Assembly (NCBI GenBank): GCA_046350335.1 | Contig: JAXMAQ010000017.1 | Location: 57,165 to 121,164, forward strand | Source: Planctomycetota bacterium | Lineage (GTDB): Bacteria > Planctomycetota > Planctomycetia > Kolteriales > Kolteriaceae | DNA length: 64,000 nt | Direction of reading: 5' to 3' | Shown here: piece by piece, positions 9,375 through 18,395 of the stretch | Layout of the letters: each line of letters begins with the position of its first letter | Numbering within the stretch: the first letter of the stretch is position 1 | Translations under genes and position numbers: made by a program | Notes under the pieces: generated by a model | Database searches by the model: none | What the model was told of the DNA's origin: nothing | Seen by the model: the letters and a program-made list of their open reading frames with translations, nothing else

Positions 9375-11069
9375 ATGCGATCGATGTGGTGGTGCTTGAT
9401 GGCGATAGGTATTGGTTTGGGATGGGCGGACGACGGTTGGGGCCAGTCACGTCGGCTCACTCGGTCTGCCGTTCATGCACCCCGTGGAATGGTGGCGACG
9501 AGTCATCCACTGGCGGCCCAAGCGGGGATCGATGTCCTGAAGGCGGGCGGGAACGCGGTAGACGCGGCAATCGCCACCAATGCCGTTCTTGGGGTCGTCG
9601 AGCCCATGAGCTGCGGCATTGGCGGAGATCTTTTCGTACTCCTTTGGGATGCCAAAAGCCAGAAGCTCTACGGCCTGAACGCAAGTGGCCGAGCACCCCG
9701 GAAGGCGACTCTCGACTTTTTTAAGGAACAGAATCTCGCGAAGATTCCGACGACTGGTCCGTTGAGTTGGTCCGTTCCCGGCTGCGTGGACGGTTGGGAA
9801 GTGTTGCACCGCCGGTTTGGCAAACTCTCGATGACACAGATTCTGGCGCCCGCGGTGTTGTACGCGGACGAAGGCTTTCCGCTTTCTCCCATCATCGGCC
9901 GTGATTGGATGGGGAGTGCCGACCTTTTGGCCGAGACCCCGGACGCCGCGCGTACCTTTCTCAAAGGGGGGCAATCACCGCGAGTGGGAGAGATGATGAC
10001 CAATCGTTATCTCGCCGAAACCTATCGGATCATTGCTCGCGAGGGCGCCGAACCGTTCTATAGGGGCCGGATCGCGGAAAAAATCATCGCGTTCAGCGAC
10101 GCGAACGGGGGGCTCTTTTCCCTCGAGGATTTTGCCAAGCACACATCCGATTGGGTTGAGCCCGTGAGCACGAACTATCGGGGATACGACGTCTGGGAAC
10201 TCCCCCCGAATGGACAAGGAATTGCCGTCTTGCAAATGCTCAATCTTCTCGAGCCCCATGACCTGCGAAAGCTGGGGCACAACTCCGCGGATTTTCTGCA
10301 TCTCTTCATCGAGGCCAAGAAATTGGCATACGCAGATCGGGCACGGTTCTATGCAGACCCCGCTTTTTCAGACGTGCCCATCGCGGGACTGATTTCCAAA
10401 GAATACGCGGCACGGCAGGCCAAGCGGATTAACCCCGAGCGTGCCGCGGAGGACGTGCCGGCTGGCGATCCCACGCTCGTCGCGGGTGACACCGTGTACT
10501 TGACCGTCGTGGATGAAAATCGCAACGCCGTGTCGTTCATTCAGAGCAATTACTTTGGTTGGGGATCCGGTCTGGTGCCGGGTGATCTCGGTTTCGTGCT
10601 GCAGAATCGAGGGACCTTGTTCGCCCTCGACCCGGAGCATCCGAATCGTTTGGAGCCCGGAAAACGTCCCTTTCACACCATCATTCCGGCCATGGTGACG
10701 CACGACGGGAAACCTTGGCTTTCCTTCGGCGTCATGGGGGGAGACATGCAGCCCCAAGGGCACGTTCAGGTGCTCGTGAACATGATCGACCATGGCATGG
10801 ATCCACAGCAGGCGGGGGACGCCGCCCGCGCACGGCATTTCGGTTCCGCGGAGCCTACCGGTCAACCCATGCAAGGATCGGGAAAGGTGGTTGTCGAAGC
10901 GGATATTCCCGAGGAGGTGGTTCGAGAGTTGGAACGACGTGGTCATTCCGTCTCTCGGGGGAGTCCCGGCGAGTTTGGCGGCTATCAAGCCATTCGACTC
11001 AACGGGGAGCAGGGGGGATTGGTGGGTGGTAGTGACCCGCGCAAGGATGGGGCGGCCATCGGCTACTAG
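9375..11069 (+). CDS. ggt: Gamma-glutamyltransferase (secreted)
   Basis: Signal peptide MRSMWWCLMAIGIGLGW, catalytic Thr region DTVYLTVVDENRNAV and GGDMQPQGHVQVL are present; 564 aa. Confidence 0.9.
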   Translation: MRSMWWCLMAIGIGLGWADDGWGQSRRLTRSAVHAPRGMVATSHPLAAQAGIDVLKAGGNAVDAAIATNAVLGVVEPMSCGIGGDLFVLLWDAKSQKLYGLNASGRAPRKATLDFFKEQNLAKIPTTGPLSWSVPGCVDGWEVLHRRFGKLSMTQILAPAVLYADEGFPLSPIIGRDWMGSADLLAETPDAARTFLKGGQSPRVGEMMTNRYLAETYRIIAREGAEPFYRGRIAEKIIAFSDANGGLFSLEDFAKHTSDWVEPVSTNYRGYDVWELPPNGQGIAVLQMLNLLEPHDLRKLGHNSADFLHLFIEAKKLAYADRARFYADPAFSDVPIAGLISKEYAARQAKRINPERAAEDVPAGDPTLVAGDTVYLTVVDENRNAVSFIQSNYFGWGSGLVPGDLGFVLQNRGTLFALDPEHPNRLEPGKRPFHTIIPAMVTHDGKPWLSFGVMGGDMQPQGHVQVLVNMIDHGMDPQQAGDAARARHFGSAEPTGQPMQGSGKVVVEADIPEEVVRELERRGHSVSRGSPGEFGGYQAIRLNGEQGGLVGGSDPRKDGAAIGY

Positions 11070-11173
11070 CAGCGTCGCCTCTCGACCGGAAGGAGTTTCC
11101 GTCGTGCCGTCATCGGATCGGTCGGAATCGAGCGAGCGGACTCCGGTTCGGCGATCAGCAGCGCGTAAACGAT

Positions 11174-12100
11174 TCAGCTTTTCTCCGCATCCAACCTGCC
11201 GGTCAATTTGGTCGTGATGACGCTTTTTCCTCGTTGTTCGATGTTTCTGCCGGCGCCGCTGATTTCAAGAACCAGGTCTTCCTTTACCTCTCGTTCGACA
11301 AGCCGGCCGGCTTGGTTGTCGAATAAAGCCGTTCCCTGCGAGCGGGCATCCTTGAGACTGACCTTCACCAGCGGATTTACTTTCGGCGTTAGCGTGACCG
11401 ACTGGTCAACGGCGATCTGCTGCAAGGCGCGTCCATCCCGTTCGACAATTCCCTCGAGTTTATACGTCAATAGGATCGAGCGTTTTCCCAAGATGGCATC
11501 GGAGGTCTCGATCTTTTCCGTCCAGGTACCTCCCATCTCCGGAGGCTTTTCGGGGAAAAGTAGCACCACCGGAATGATTGCCTTGAGCGCTTTCGGATCG
11601 AGAATCGCCTCGGCATTGGGTAGGTCGCGGAAGCGGTTCTTGGTTGCCTCCGTCGCTTCGACGTCGGTGATTTTTCCCAAGGGACTTAACGTGAACTGGA
11701 ACGCCGTTCCCACCATTCGTCCGAGGGTCGGATCCAGGATCGTGATGTTGGCTGCCTGGTTATCGGTGCTATTGGAATCGAAATCGACCTTTCCTCGTGG
11801 TGACGCCGCCTTTAATCGGATTCGATCCACCGTTTGGCGGACGCGGGCCGAGCCATTGGGCAAAATGGAATCCACCACCAGGGTGAAATCGGTGGTGCGG
11901 ACCATCGTCTCTTCCGTGGTGTTTCCATCCACGATGGTCGAGAGATGTCGATCTTGGACGACGGAATAGTACAGCGACTCGCCTGGGGTGAACTTCCACG
12001 TGAGTGGTGCCTGTGCGTCCGCCGGCGCAACGGTCGCAAAACATGATAGGAGGGCGCCGAGCCAGAGGGCTAGCCGTGCCCGACGAATCCAGACTAACAT
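11174..12100 (-). CDS. Hypothetical secreted protein
   Basis: Signal peptide MLVWIRRARLALWLGALLSCFATVAPADA. No recognisable family. Confidence 0.5.
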   Translation of the reverse strand: MLVWIRRARLALWLGALLSCFATVAPADAQAPLTWKFTPGESLYYSVVQDRHLSTIVDGNTTEETMVRTTDFTLVVDSILPNGSARVRQTVDRIRLKAASPRGKVDFDSNSTDNQAANITILDPTLGRMVGTAFQFTLSPLGKITDVEATEATKNRFRDLPNAEAILDPKALKAIIPVVLLFPEKPPEMGGTWTEKIETSDAILGKRSILLTYKLEGIVERDGRALQQIAVDQSVTLTPKVNPLVKVSLKDARSQGTALFDNQAGRLVEREVKEDLVLEISGAGRNIEQRGKSVITTKLTGRLDAEKS

Positions 12101-12300
12101 GATGACCTGCCTTTGTTTCTGAGCTTCAGAAGCGGTACGATCCCTTGGCGAGATCGGCTGCCGCGGCAAACGCAAGGAGAGTCACGGCAAACTCTTCTGA
12201 ATCATATTTGCGGTTGGACGGCCGATTGGCGCCCCTCTCCACCACCTGCTGCACATTGTGCGACAGGACTCAGAAAAAGGCCAGCGGGATTCCTTGTTCG

Positions 12301-15264
12301 TTACGTCTTGGGAGCCAAGGCGGCGAGTTCGGCCTGGATCTTGTCGATCGACGATTGGGCGTTGGCGAGTTCACCGGCGGCCTTCTCCGCTTCCACTTTG
12401 GCGGTTTCGGCCTTCGTTTTGGCCTCTGGAACCTGTTTCGTCAATTGCTCGATTTTCTGAGTCGCGGCGACGGTGTCGCTCTTGAGTTTCTCGACGGCTG
12501 CGACCGCTTGTTCCAGGCCACCGTTGGCCTTGGCAAACGCGTCATTTTGGGCCGCGAGCACCATCTTGGCGGCCTCCAAATCGCCGGTGAGCATGGCGAG
12601 GCTTTCTTTCGCCTTCGCCGCCGCCTGGGCCAAAGTCTTGTTGTCCGGAGTTTTCGCCGCGCTTGCGTCTACTTTAGCTGCCAACTCCGCGAGGGGACTG
12701 GTCAAGGTCTCCTTCTCCGCGACCACTAGTTTCGATGCTTCGAGTTCCGCCGACACCCGGTCGACGAGCTGCTTCGCTTTGACCTGGTTTTCTTCCGCGG
12801 CCTTCAATAGGTTTGGTGCGTCTGCAACGAACTTTTGTGCATCGGCGAGTTCTTTGGCCGACTTTTCGGCGTCTTGCTGCGCTTGAGTCAGGGCAATGTC
12901 CATGGCTTCCTTGGCCGCTTTCCGCGCGGCGAGCAACTGCTCGGCCTGGTAACGGCGGTATTTCACTTCCGCGACGATCCACTTTTGTAGATCCTCTTTA
13001 CCCTTGACGAGAGCGGTTGCGGACTGCTCCGCTACCTGTTTGGCCGCAGCCGCAGCGTCCATGGCTGCTTTAGCGGTGGGTGCCTTGGCCTTCTCGGCCT
13101 CAGCCGCCGCGGTTGCGGCAGTCGCCGTCTCCGTTGACTTTTTGTCCAAGGCGACGACCTTCTCCTCGGATGCCTTGAGGGCGGCAGTAAGGTCTTGGTT
13201 CACCTTTTCCGCCGCCGCCAGGGCCGCGGCGGCCTTGTCCGATTCTTCCTTCGCCTTGGCATAAACGTCGGCGGGAGCTTTCGCGGCTTCCGTCGCCAGG
13301 TCGAGGACCTTTTTGGCCTCCGCTGCCGCCGCGGCCGCCTTTTCCGCCGCCGCCTGAGCACCCGCCGCCGCCTCCGCCAAGTTCTTATCGTCCGGCGATT
13401 TCTCGGATGCCTGCTTTGCCGTGCCCGCGACTTCCGTGAGGGTTTTCGCAATCGATTCACGAACGGTAAAACCATCCGTGGCGTTTTTGACGACGGCCGC
13501 GGTTTCATCGGCAGGCTTCTGGGCGGTTGCCGCGGCGTCGGCGGTTTGCTTTGCCGTCTGTTGTTTGTTCGTCAGGTCCGTCTGAGCTGCCGCTAGGTCC
13601 GCTTTGAGTTTTTCCGCCACTGCTTTCTCTGCGGCAAGCGCGTCTCCGGCTTGTTTGGCCGCTGCCGCGGTGTCCGCGACTTGTTTTTGCAAGGCGACCA
13701 ATTCGTCGGTAGCGGCTTTCGCCTGGGCTTCCGCCGGCGCGAGGGCGTCGGCCGCCGCTTTCGCGGCCATTTCAAGCGCAGGAAGCGCCCCCTTGCTCGA
13801 CTCGATCCGCTCGGCGAGGGTGGGCGGGTTGGTGGATAAGTTGCCAATCCGTTTGCCATCCGGCGCGTTCCAAACGCGAACCTCGCCGTTCCAATCGCCC
13901 GCAAAGACTCGGCCGCCATCGTGACTGAACGTGGCGCGCGTCGCGAGATCGGAAAAAGGTTCGAAGGCGACTTGCTGGCCACCATTGCCGTCCCACGACT
14001 TGACGAGATTGTCCCGGCCTGCGGTGACTAGGCGGCCATCGTGCGTGTATTCCACGGACTGGACACCCCCACCATGGGCGTTCCACGTCTTCACCTGCGT
14101 GCCGTTCTCCATCTCCCACAGACGGATGGAGGCGTCTTCACTGGCGGAGGCAAGGACGTTCGAATCACCGCGCCAGCTCACGTCGGTAATCGCGGCGGAA
14201 TGCCCGCGAAGGTTGTAGAACTCCAGGCCGGAGTGCGATTCCCAAACTTCGAGTCCGCCACTCCGGTCCCCGCTGGCGAGCAGCACGCCGTCAGGACTGA
14301 ACTCAATCGAATAGATCCAGTCGGTGTGTTTTTTGATGGAGTGGAGCAGTTCACCGGTTTCCGTCGAGTAGATTTTGACGAGTTTTCCGGGTCCGCCGAG
14401 CGCGATTTGCGATTGATCGGCACTGATGTCGGCGGCGAGCACGGCATCGAGCTCGTCCTCTCCGACTTCAATGACTCGGCTGCCATCGATCACGTTCCAA
14501 ACGACAACCCGGCCAGACTTTCCTCCTTGGCCCCCACCCGCGAGCAAGAGGGATCCGTTACGGCTGAACTTGAGTACGTGGATCGTTCCTTCGGGGAACG
14601 GGAGGACGCCGATGAGATCCAAGGAGTCGCTGTTGTAAAGGAGGATCTGTTTCTGCCCAGCCAAGGCGATGACCGGCGCCCAGGGACTGGTGGCGATCGC
14701 CGTGACGGCGGTGGCTCGCGGCGTCTTGAGCATGTTTTCGAGTAGAAGATCCGCCGGCATGGGGGGCGGGCCTTCCGGCTTGCCGGTTGGCGCGGACGCG
14801 AGCGAGAGGTCGACTTTGGGTTTGTTCGACATCTTCGCCTTGCTGCCGGAATTCTCAAGAATCCCGCCTTCGATCCATTGGCGGATGACCTTGAGTTCTT
14901 CCTCGGGGAGCTTGGCGCTCTTGGGAGGCATCTTGGGTTCTTCGGCGTGCGTGACCAGCAGGTACAGTCGGCTGGAATCGGGATCTCCCGGGACGATGAC
15001 CTCACCGGAGGCGCCGCCGGCGAGCAGCTGAGTGTAGCTCATGACGTCGAGGTCCGCGCTTGCCTTGTCGGGATTGTGGCAAGTCGCGCAACGAGTTCGG
15101 AAGATCGGTACGATGTCGTCCTGGAAAGTGATCTTTTTGGCCGCCGGTTCCGCTGCATGGAGGACCGGCGCGTGACCGCCGACCAGGCAGACGAGCATTC
15201 CGCCGCCGACCATCCACGCGAGCAAGCGGGCTAGCGTTCTTTGGTTTTCGCGTTCCAGGGTCAT
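12301..15264 (-). CDS. Planctomycete c-type cytochrome (PSCyt1-like CxxCH) / WD40 repeat / long Ala-Lys-Glu-rich coiled-coil protein
   Basis: 987 aa. N-terminal signal/TM, then IVPIFRTRCATCHNP…KMPP (heme-binding CxxCH and a PSCyt1-like fold). About seven WD40 repeats follow (…WD, …VWN, …LWE). The C-terminal roughly 480 aa is a low-complexity Ala-rich coiled coil with internal near-repeats (SPDDKNLAEAAAGA / TPDNKTLAQAAAKA). Confidence 0.8.
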   Translation of the reverse strand: MTLERENQRTLARLLAWMVGGGMLVCLVGGHAPVLHAAEPAAKKITFQDDIVPIFRTRCATCHNPDKASADLDVMSYTQLLAGGASGEVIVPGDPDSSRLYLLVTHAEEPKMPPKSAKLPEEELKVIRQWIEGGILENSGSKAKMSNKPKVDLSLASAPTGKPEGPPPMPADLLLENMLKTPRATAVTAIATSPWAPVIALAGQKQILLYNSDSLDLIGVLPFPEGTIHVLKFSRNGSLLLAGGGQGGKSGRVVVWNVIDGSRVIEVGEDELDAVLAADISADQSQIALGGPGKLVKIYSTETGELLHSIKKHTDWIYSIEFSPDGVLLASGDRSGGLEVWESHSGLEFYNLRGHSAAITDVSWRGDSNVLASASEDASIRLWEMENGTQVKTWNAHGGGVQSVEYTHDGRLVTAGRDNLVKSWDGNGGQQVAFEPFSDLATRATFSHDGGRVFAGDWNGEVRVWNAPDGKRIGNLSTNPPTLAERIESSKGALPALEMAAKAAADALAPAEAQAKAATDELVALQKQVADTAAAAKQAGDALAAEKAVAEKLKADLAAAQTDLTNKQQTAKQTADAAATAQKPADETAAVVKNATDGFTVRESIAKTLTEVAGTAKQASEKSPDDKNLAEAAAGAQAAAEKAAAAAAEAKKVLDLATEAAKAPADVYAKAKEESDKAAAALAAAEKVNQDLTAALKASEEKVVALDKKSTETATAATAAAEAEKAKAPTAKAAMDAAAAAKQVAEQSATALVKGKEDLQKWIVAEVKYRRYQAEQLLAARKAAKEAMDIALTQAQQDAEKSAKELADAQKFVADAPNLLKAAEENQVKAKQLVDRVSAELEASKLVVAEKETLTSPLAELAAKVDASAAKTPDNKTLAQAAAKAKESLAMLTGDLEAAKMVLAAQNDAFAKANGGLEQAVAAVEKLKSDTVAATQKIEQLTKQVPEAKTKAETAKVEAEKAAGELANAQSSIDKIQAELAALAPKT

Positions 15265-15281
15265 TCCCGCAACTCCCTCGA

Positions 15282-17732
15282 TTAATGATTGAACATGAAC
15301 TCTTTGGAGTTCAAGAGTGCCCAGAAGGTATCTTCCAGCACGGCCTGGTGGTTGGGGTTCTCCGCGAAGAGTTTTTCAAACTTTGCGCGCTCCGCCTCGG
15401 ACGGTTTGCGCGAGAAACAACGAATGTAGAGTTCTTCGAGCACTTCCATCGGAGTCTTCTTTTCGTCCAGCATGCGTTTGACGATGTTCCCTTGCGGAAT
15501 CCGCTGGGAAGTCGTGTCTCCATTGAGCAGATGAAGCGCCTGGGACAAATTCGGCTCCATCACGACTTCGCAGGAGCACACGGTTTCGCGCGTGGCGCGG
15601 CCAAAGGTGGTCAGGAAGTAATTCGAGACCACGCCATCGGCAATCTGGACGGCGCGGGCGCCCAGCGGCAATCCCTGGAACTTGTTTTTGGTTTCCGTAA
15701 CCGCAGAGATCGCGTCGAGCATCACCTCGGCGCGAATGCGGCGAATCGGGCCATGCGAGAAGTTCTTCTCGTCGAGCTTGTTCGAATCGTTCCGCTGGGT
15801 CGAAAGCTGGTAGGTGCGGGAATTGCAAATGTCGCGCACGAGTGACTTGAAGTCGTATTTGTATTCGGTGAACTTCGCCGCCAACGCGTCTAAGAGCTCG
15901 GGATTCGACGCCGGATTACTGATGCGGACGTCGTCCACGGGATCGATGATCCCCTTGCCCAGGAAGTGTGCCCAGATGATGTTGGAAAGGTTCCTCGCGA
16001 AGAACGGGTTCTCGGGGGAAGCCAGCCATTCCGCGAGCACGACTCTGCGGTCCTTGCCCGCGACGTTTGGAGTTTCTCCACCCAGGAACTTGGGAGGCAT
16101 CGGACGACCCCCCACCAGGTGATTCACTTCTCCACCGCCGCTGTTAAAGACGATGACTTCGCGCGGGTCCTCCGCTCCCTTGCGGCCAATCTGCGCGAAG
16201 AAGGCGGCGAAACTGTAGTAATCATCCATCGTCCAACGATCGAAGGGATGATTGTGGCATTGGGCGCATTGGATCCGCATGCCCATGAATACCTGGGCCA
16301 CGTTCTCCGCCACCTTGAGAGTGTCCGTCTCCAACTGGTAGTAATTCGTCGCGGGGTTCTTGAAGGTTCCCCCGCTGGCCCCCAGCAACTCCTGAACGAT
16401 CTGGTTCATCGGGACATTGTTGGCGATCCGGTCCTGCAGCCAGTTGTAATAGGAATTGATCGCCTTATAGCTGACCGTCTGCGTGGTGCGGATCTGTAAT
16501 AGCTCCGCGAACTTCATGACCCAGACCTCGGCGAATTCCTTGCGGCCGAGCAGTTCGTCGACGAGTTTGGCGCGTTTGTCCGGCTCTTGGCTCGCCATGA
16601 ATCGATCGTAGTCGGCTCGCGTGGGGAGCGTCCCCGCAATGTCGAGAAACACGCGGCGGAGAAACTCTTCATCCGTGCAAATGTCCGAGGGAGTGATGCG
16701 AAGCTTTTTGAGCTTGTTGTTGACCAAGGTGTCGACGTAGTTGTTCTCCGGGACCTTGGGGAACTCGAACTGCAGTCCCTTGGGCACGACGATGATCTGC
16801 GAGCCGACGGTGAAGGTGGCGAACCGCGCCATGACAAACGCTTCGCCTCGTTCCGCGGCGGTGACCTTGCCATTCTCCGAGATCTTCGCGGAAGTGTCGT
16901 TGTTGCTTAGAAACAATGCCAAGGAGGTGACATCCCGATCGGTGCCGTCGGAGTATTTGGCCCGGACGGTCATTTGCTGCGTCGTGTCCTTCCCATCCAA
17001 GACCGCTTGCTTGGGAAGTATTTCGAGGGAGATGGGGGTCGGAATCTCGGCGGGATCTTTGGGAACTCCCGCAGCCAGCCAGCGGATCAGCGTCTGGTGC
17101 ATTTCGCCGCCCGGCTCAAAACGCTTGCCGCCCGAATGGGGAACGGTGCCGATGGCCTTTTCCACCATTAGGCATTGCTCGGGAATCGCGAGGTTGATTC
17201 TTCGGCCGTTGATTTCATGCGTGATGCGGTAATGGTCCCCGTCGGGATCGAAGCCGAAGAGGGACAGGCGGAATCCGTCTTTTCCACGCGCCGCGCCATG
17301 GCAGCTGCCGCTATTGCAACCGGACTTCATGAAGATGGGCATCACGTCGAGTTTGAAGCTGATGGGGCGGTCTTCGGAGGCCGCCTTGACCGTGACCGGA
17401 ATCGTGAGCGTTTGCCCGCCGTACTCGACTTTCAGTTCCGTGGCGCCGTCGGCGGCAGGATACACCACGTGATTCTCGAATCTGACCAAGGCGGGATTGG
17501 CGAAGTTGTAAGTAGCTTCACCCGTCACATCGCGCGTGATGCCGTTTTCCTGCGTGGCCTGAACCACGATCGACTGCCGATCTCGCGAGGTGGTGAGGTC
17601 GACGTTCGTGGGAAACGCCTCGACCTTGACCAGGGGCGAGGGAGCAGGAGGGGACGCGGGTTCCTCGGCGTGGACGCCGATGGCGACGAATCCCAATGTG
17701 CTGGTCAACAAACCAAACATCTTCCATTTCAT
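15282..17732 (-). CDS. DUF1549/DUF1553 (PSCyt2/PSD1) domain protein with N-terminal Big (Ig-like) domains
   Basis: 816 aa with a signal peptide, two Big-like segments, a DUF1549 core and the DUF1553 (PSD1) region (…RIQCAQCHNHPFDRW…). Confidence 0.85.
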   Translation of the reverse strand: MKWKMFGLLTSTLGFVAIGVHAEEPASPPAPSPLVKVEAFPTNVDLTTSRDRQSIVVQATQENGITRDVTGEATYNFANPALVRFENHVVYPAADGATELKVEYGGQTLTIPVTVKAASEDRPISFKLDVMPIFMKSGCNSGSCHGAARGKDGFRLSLFGFDPDGDHYRITHEINGRRINLAIPEQCLMVEKAIGTVPHSGGKRFEPGGEMHQTLIRWLAAGVPKDPAEIPTPISLEILPKQAVLDGKDTTQQMTVRAKYSDGTDRDVTSLALFLSNNDTSAKISENGKVTAAERGEAFVMARFATFTVGSQIIVVPKGLQFEFPKVPENNYVDTLVNNKLKKLRITPSDICTDEEFLRRVFLDIAGTLPTRADYDRFMASQEPDKRAKLVDELLGRKEFAEVWVMKFAELLQIRTTQTVSYKAINSYYNWLQDRIANNVPMNQIVQELLGASGGTFKNPATNYYQLETDTLKVAENVAQVFMGMRIQCAQCHNHPFDRWTMDDYYSFAAFFAQIGRKGAEDPREVIVFNSGGGEVNHLVGGRPMPPKFLGGETPNVAGKDRRVVLAEWLASPENPFFARNLSNIIWAHFLGKGIIDPVDDVRISNPASNPELLDALAAKFTEYKYDFKSLVRDICNSRTYQLSTQRNDSNKLDEKNFSHGPIRRIRAEVMLDAISAVTETKNKFQGLPLGARAVQIADGVVSNYFLTTFGRATRETVCSCEVVMEPNLSQALHLLNGDTTSQRIPQGNIVKRMLDEKKTPMEVLEELYIRCFSRKPSEAERAKFEKLFAENPNHQAVLEDTFWALLNSKEFMFNH

Positions 17733-17800
17733 TGTCGTCTCGCTTGATCCTGGGGGCGATGATTCTCGGGTCCGGGAGCTTGAAGTAACGCGTGGGGAAA

Positions 17801-18172
17801 CTACTGTCCTGCGACCAACGCCGCTTTCTTCTTGGCTCGTTCGGCCTGCTCAAGGCGCAATTTCTCGAGGCGGGTCAAACGCTTTTCCGGCATGGGGGCC
17901 GGAGGTGGTGGTGGCGCTGCCGCCGTCGCCGCGGGGGCGGCCGGAGCGGGTTCATCCTTCTTGGGCGGTGGCGGTGGATCAATGCCAAGCACCCCGCCGT
18001 AACCAAGATAATGGACAATCGGTTCGCCATCTTTCGTGATGATCTCCTGGCAGAACAAGGTCGCGTGTTGGCCCGCTGGACTAGCCGCCGCCGTCGTGAC
18101 GGGGAAAAAGACTTCCGCGGAATCCTTGGTGATCTGCATCTCTTGGTGTGGCGACCTGGGCGGGTAAACCAT
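17801..18172 (-). CDS. Hypothetical small Pro/Ala-rich protein
   Basis: Start at internal Met (MVYPPRSP…). Poly-Pro/Ala linker (PPPPPKKDEPAPAAPAATAAAPPPPPAP) and a basic coiled C-terminus. The upstream part of the same frame may instead be a frameshifted continuation of the PPC-domain gene. Confidence 0.35.
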   Translation of the reverse strand: MVYPPRSPHQEMQITKDSAEVFFPVTTAAASPAGQHATLFCQEIITKDGEPIVHYLGYGGVLGIDPPPPPKKDEPAPAAPAATAAAPPPPPAPMPEKRLTRLEKLRLEQAERAKKKAALVAGQ

Positions 18173-18395
18173 TGAGGATCGCTCGAGCCGTAGCCGTCGA
18201 ACGGAGTGGCCTGCGTCAACTTGCAGACAACTCGGTTGGCTTGCCCTGCTCGGCAGCAGCCATCTGAATACCCAGAGCGACGAAAGGGGGGGCCACCTCG
18301 AGCGGCACCAGTTGGTGAGGAGACCCAGATCGGCCCGTTGCCGACCGTCGCCTGGCAAGATCACGACCACTTTCCACTTACGGGTCTGGCCGCCG

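Noticed and set aside
12300-13800. Possible CRISPR or tandem DNA repeats in the GCC-rich tract
   Set aside because: The periodicity is protein-level (an Ala-rich coiled coil within a continuous ORF), with no spacer-repeat structure. No CRISPR array is present anywhere in the window.
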